Shown here: positions 26,401 to 27,234 of the stretch, piece by piece
Layout: every line of letters starts with the position of its first letter
How positions within the stretch are numbered: the stretch's first letter is position 1
IMG/VR virus record: IMGVR_UViG_3300020045_001669
Location: 1-27,234 of that record
Strand: one strand, 5' to 3'
Source: a virus
Taxonomy: Duplodnaviria; Caudoviricetes
DNA: 27,234 bases
Notes under the pieces: generated by a model
The model's input: only the letters and a program-made list of their open reading frames with translations
What the model was told of the DNA's origin: nothing
The model's database searches: none
Program-made: the position numbers and the translations under genes

Positions 26401-27232
26401 GCTGCTCTGCTTGTAGTAGCGAATTCTGTAAAGCTAGAGCTTTCTCAGCTTCAGCCCGTACAGCAGCTTCAGCAGACTTGGTTTTGTTCGCTAGCTGGCT
26501 ACGTTCGGTTGAAGCAGCAGCGTACTTCTTAGTAAGCTCGTCTTGTGCATCGGCTAGTTCTTGCGCTGTTTTCTTCTCCGCCTTAAACGCTTGTTCTAGA
26601 CGGAGTGAATCACGAGATAGCGCAACTACTTCATCTTTAGTAAGCGACAGGTTTTTAGCAGCTAGTTCGTTTACTCTACGTAGTTCTTCTACTTCCTTGT
26701 TGATACGAGCAAGTCCTGAAGCTGATTTATCAAACGTGTTTACACCAGTGAACTTGTTGTAATCTTGGAATGATCTAGCTAGTTCTTTAATCTGATCCGA
26801 GGTAGCCCCCATCATCTTCAGGTTAGCTAGCTGCGATGCTTGCCCACTGGTGAAGCTGTCGCCTAGTTGTAGGTTATCAGTAGCTAAACCAAGGGTTTGA
26901 TTACGCAGAATCTTCATGCGTATGTCTTGCTTCTCTAGAACTCTTCCTACAGCGTCTAGCTTGTCGCCAACGTTAGATGTTTCACTAGCAGCCCTGGCAG
27001 CAGCATCGGCAGCTTGTTTTTCAGCGTCTGCTTTTTTCTTCAGAGCCTTGGCTAGACGATCTTGTTCTGTTACAGCAGCTTTAGTAGCTGCAGCAGCTTC
27101 ACGCTCTGCTCTAGCTGAATCGCTGTTAATATCGTTGAAGGTCTTTACAGCAGAACCAAGAGCTTCAATCTTCTTGACAGCTTCGTCTAGCTTGGATGTT
27201 TCTGTAGAGAAAACTAATTGACTCAGTTCCAT
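20465..27232 (-). CDS. Tail tape measure protein (2255 aa)
   Basis: Ala/Lys/Glu-rich helical protein, lambda-type QMGDVGVSLASGQNPFTVMIQQGDQL motif, Gly-rich hydrophobic segment, C-terminal FATGG...VGDGGGPEL motif. The start lies at the window edge, so the RBS is not visible. Confidence 0.92.
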   Translation of the reverse strand: MELSQLVFSTETSKLDEAVKKIEALGSAVKTFNDINSDSARAEREAAAATKAAVTEQDRLAKALKKKADAEKQAADAAARAASETSNVGDKLDAVGRVLEKQDIRMKILRNQTLGLATDNLQLGDSFTSGQASQLANLKMMGATSDQIKELARSFQDYNKFTGVNTFDKSASGLARINKEVEELRRVNELAAKNLSLTKDEVVALSRDSLRLEQAFKAEKKTAQELADAQDELTKKYAAASTERSQLANKTKSAEAAVRAEAEKALALQNSLLQAEQHRYTENGRLMREWANGVGKASSEMQSMSAFYKEQEQAANRVERANQDVLASAQRLEAITKQIRSGTSAGEAAKTYDLRASGVEEKAIQALIKAEREHAQAKLDTAKASGTSNAGMSASEKAAAYLEKEERRLAFALEEVNKELGIGAGNRLLRYQDELKKAGIATDVAAKKYAAYAEGIRREQEKTRSIAMADQEGKLRNLSRAVSVQMGDVGVSLASGQNPFTVMIQQGDQLRAAMEGVTVDAATMRRAMEGAAKQIATGFIATGQAVGMFFVGAVKAAGVALADVIRGPFTEIRAISRRAQSQEMFDFVGPKAPANLMVMNSLMSQLPTLLTVTATAAATLGYVFFSVSKEATEMNRALILQGASLGVTSEQVSLYAKSLEKIGTSHTSVLEVIKEMAAASGFVKSDIEIVTKSAIDLDKYGGVAISDTVKRFAELKKDPVEALIKLGKETGLVTLEQIKNIETTLKLEGAYSASAKAMRIMADANTEAVQRLKDEAGILDKIGFMLKETWGDIGNSIKRVGRPAEATIENLRKAQDGLAEQQAKLAKLPKTDVMRYTEATEAVKRQSEEVERLLRLLGQAAKAPAAADQAALAKQQVDSGKVLAEYQKQAAGYREKELTQQQFIAAAQAKYTKTLVDLPRDEKAATAELARRKEELDNLAVSAAEVWKGMQPKGTAKVDPFIAMLKRANDAYISITGRQKELNTAQIEWEQIQASPVFAQRSVAEKDRLKVQWEATIAVEKQIEQTTKLEKGQDLLNSLIGKGEGLGKAYYETLDKLRSLEGVTGIDPAELEQAYAALEATTPAAKAAAKALEATRKSYEELSKSSNDYLLGLQEQSSALDLELEYLGSSDIARERRIKLLKVEAQYQKELAAITAKYQAGELSNFEEREKLFASAETNRQFGIDVINKEQSFKSMKETVEYFDKIKSGISDSIATALFDGGNAGKKKLRDLLIAELKKPITLYINAIINEITGGKEGKSSGTDVAKQLFGMADKAGLLGSSSSVASMTSAFKAGGALTMSGAGGTGLALEGAGTMIQSGQYGAGVAQGAGALAPWAAGIGAGYFGGKAVSGGYGFGDNGGDTAVAIGTAIGGAILGPLGAALGGLAGGAFNRIWGRKTTEQGVMGTFGGEQGFTGSEYKYEKGGFLRSNKTSLSTLDTGVQNELAAAYKSTKISVTELAKTLGIGTDALAGFTKDVKINIMGLSEADANKAVQAEFSKLSDSMVDAVFNVKEFRRANETSTQTLQRMSSTLAGINDVFKLLDITLLDISLSGLAAGEEIIALFGGVDKATTALNNYYKKFFTTEEQVADSVSTLEQQFKQLGIAMPATADAFKQIVSSQDKTTSSGRAVFAELIKMSDSFYELVDASKQLSAKLATEVLSVFNNQETSQGLTALRNSIVSSVYGTPTKAAVKNLSSNMQSIFNGQSTKDNLAKLQQGINAAVYNSKLVSSSEQLTALITNAMASNSVQASSVKLQDFIVAAMSGTPTLLAIAELDAAIASIPARNIQAVKDTLSTLSFADFKQTVTGVFEQIASSFGEMITSINQERLATREAARSIITGGKDQVSSYADIKAVVAAQNRPDLITPAAVAVGEAQKVLPALQGNLTAAKGLLDYYKTVPVIPAGEKTTGGERFTSQTAKDAQITRATAAVAKAEAELSNARETERNAVLAMVTATASSTPIIKASIKVLSQMRAETVKYYEAQKQLADGLISSAKSLRDVIDSYGKVDTFESLKQTFDSSFAAAQTVMQSVGTEFTSLTAEQADTLKSSAASIGSVYTGLLDFAKDNPVLQASLTSMATQLANYMDAAGVTIAVDAQTKSLELLAEIDSTLGALELSMSSAEQVISKAIYDTGADNLTGLRGVITALGGVPAFATGGMHSGGLRIVGDGGGPELEATGPSRIFNATQTASMLAGIGSGAGDTSALELKLDAMINRLDMIEAATRTSAVANNKLTKTIDRVIAPGGDSVQTTVLV

Positions 27233-27234
27233 AT

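Noticed and set aside
418-27221. Remaining short overlapping or antisense ORFs in the track (e.g. 1419-1868, 5851-6159, 7687-8046, 11139-11474, 22122-27221 + strand set)
   Set aside because: They are nested in or opposite well-supported genes, lack RBS and motifs, and are explained by codon bias of the real gene.
1-27234. CRISPR array, diversity-generating retroelement, integrase or transposon
   Set aside because: No regularly spaced repeats, reverse transcriptase, template/variable repeat pair, recombinase or transposase was seen.

Overview
A 27 kb segment of a tailed dsDNA phage genome, siphovirus-like and probably infecting a Gram-negative host (inference). The + strand (1-16.7 kb) carries the replication and nucleotide-metabolism arm: T7-type primase/helicase, free-standing HNH endonuclease, family A DNA polymerase, SSB, a GapR-like small protein, 5'-3' exonuclease, endonuclease VII, an RNase H-like exonuclease, two nucleotide pyrophosphohydrolases, nrdB, and nrdA split at its catalytic cysteine by a 246-nt ORF-less group I intron. 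The - strand (16.8-27.2 kb) carries the tape measure protein, a carbohydrate-binding tail protein, a tail fibre with an S74 chaperone and a GH19 lysis cassette. The most unusual non-coding features are a ~400-nt structured RNA cluster (6971-7372) ending in a D-arm-less tRNA-Arg(UCU)-like RNA, two intergenic tracts with ~10-bp-phased TA steps, a repeated palindromic leader, and strong CTAG enrichment. All calls come from motif recognition by eye; no searches were run.
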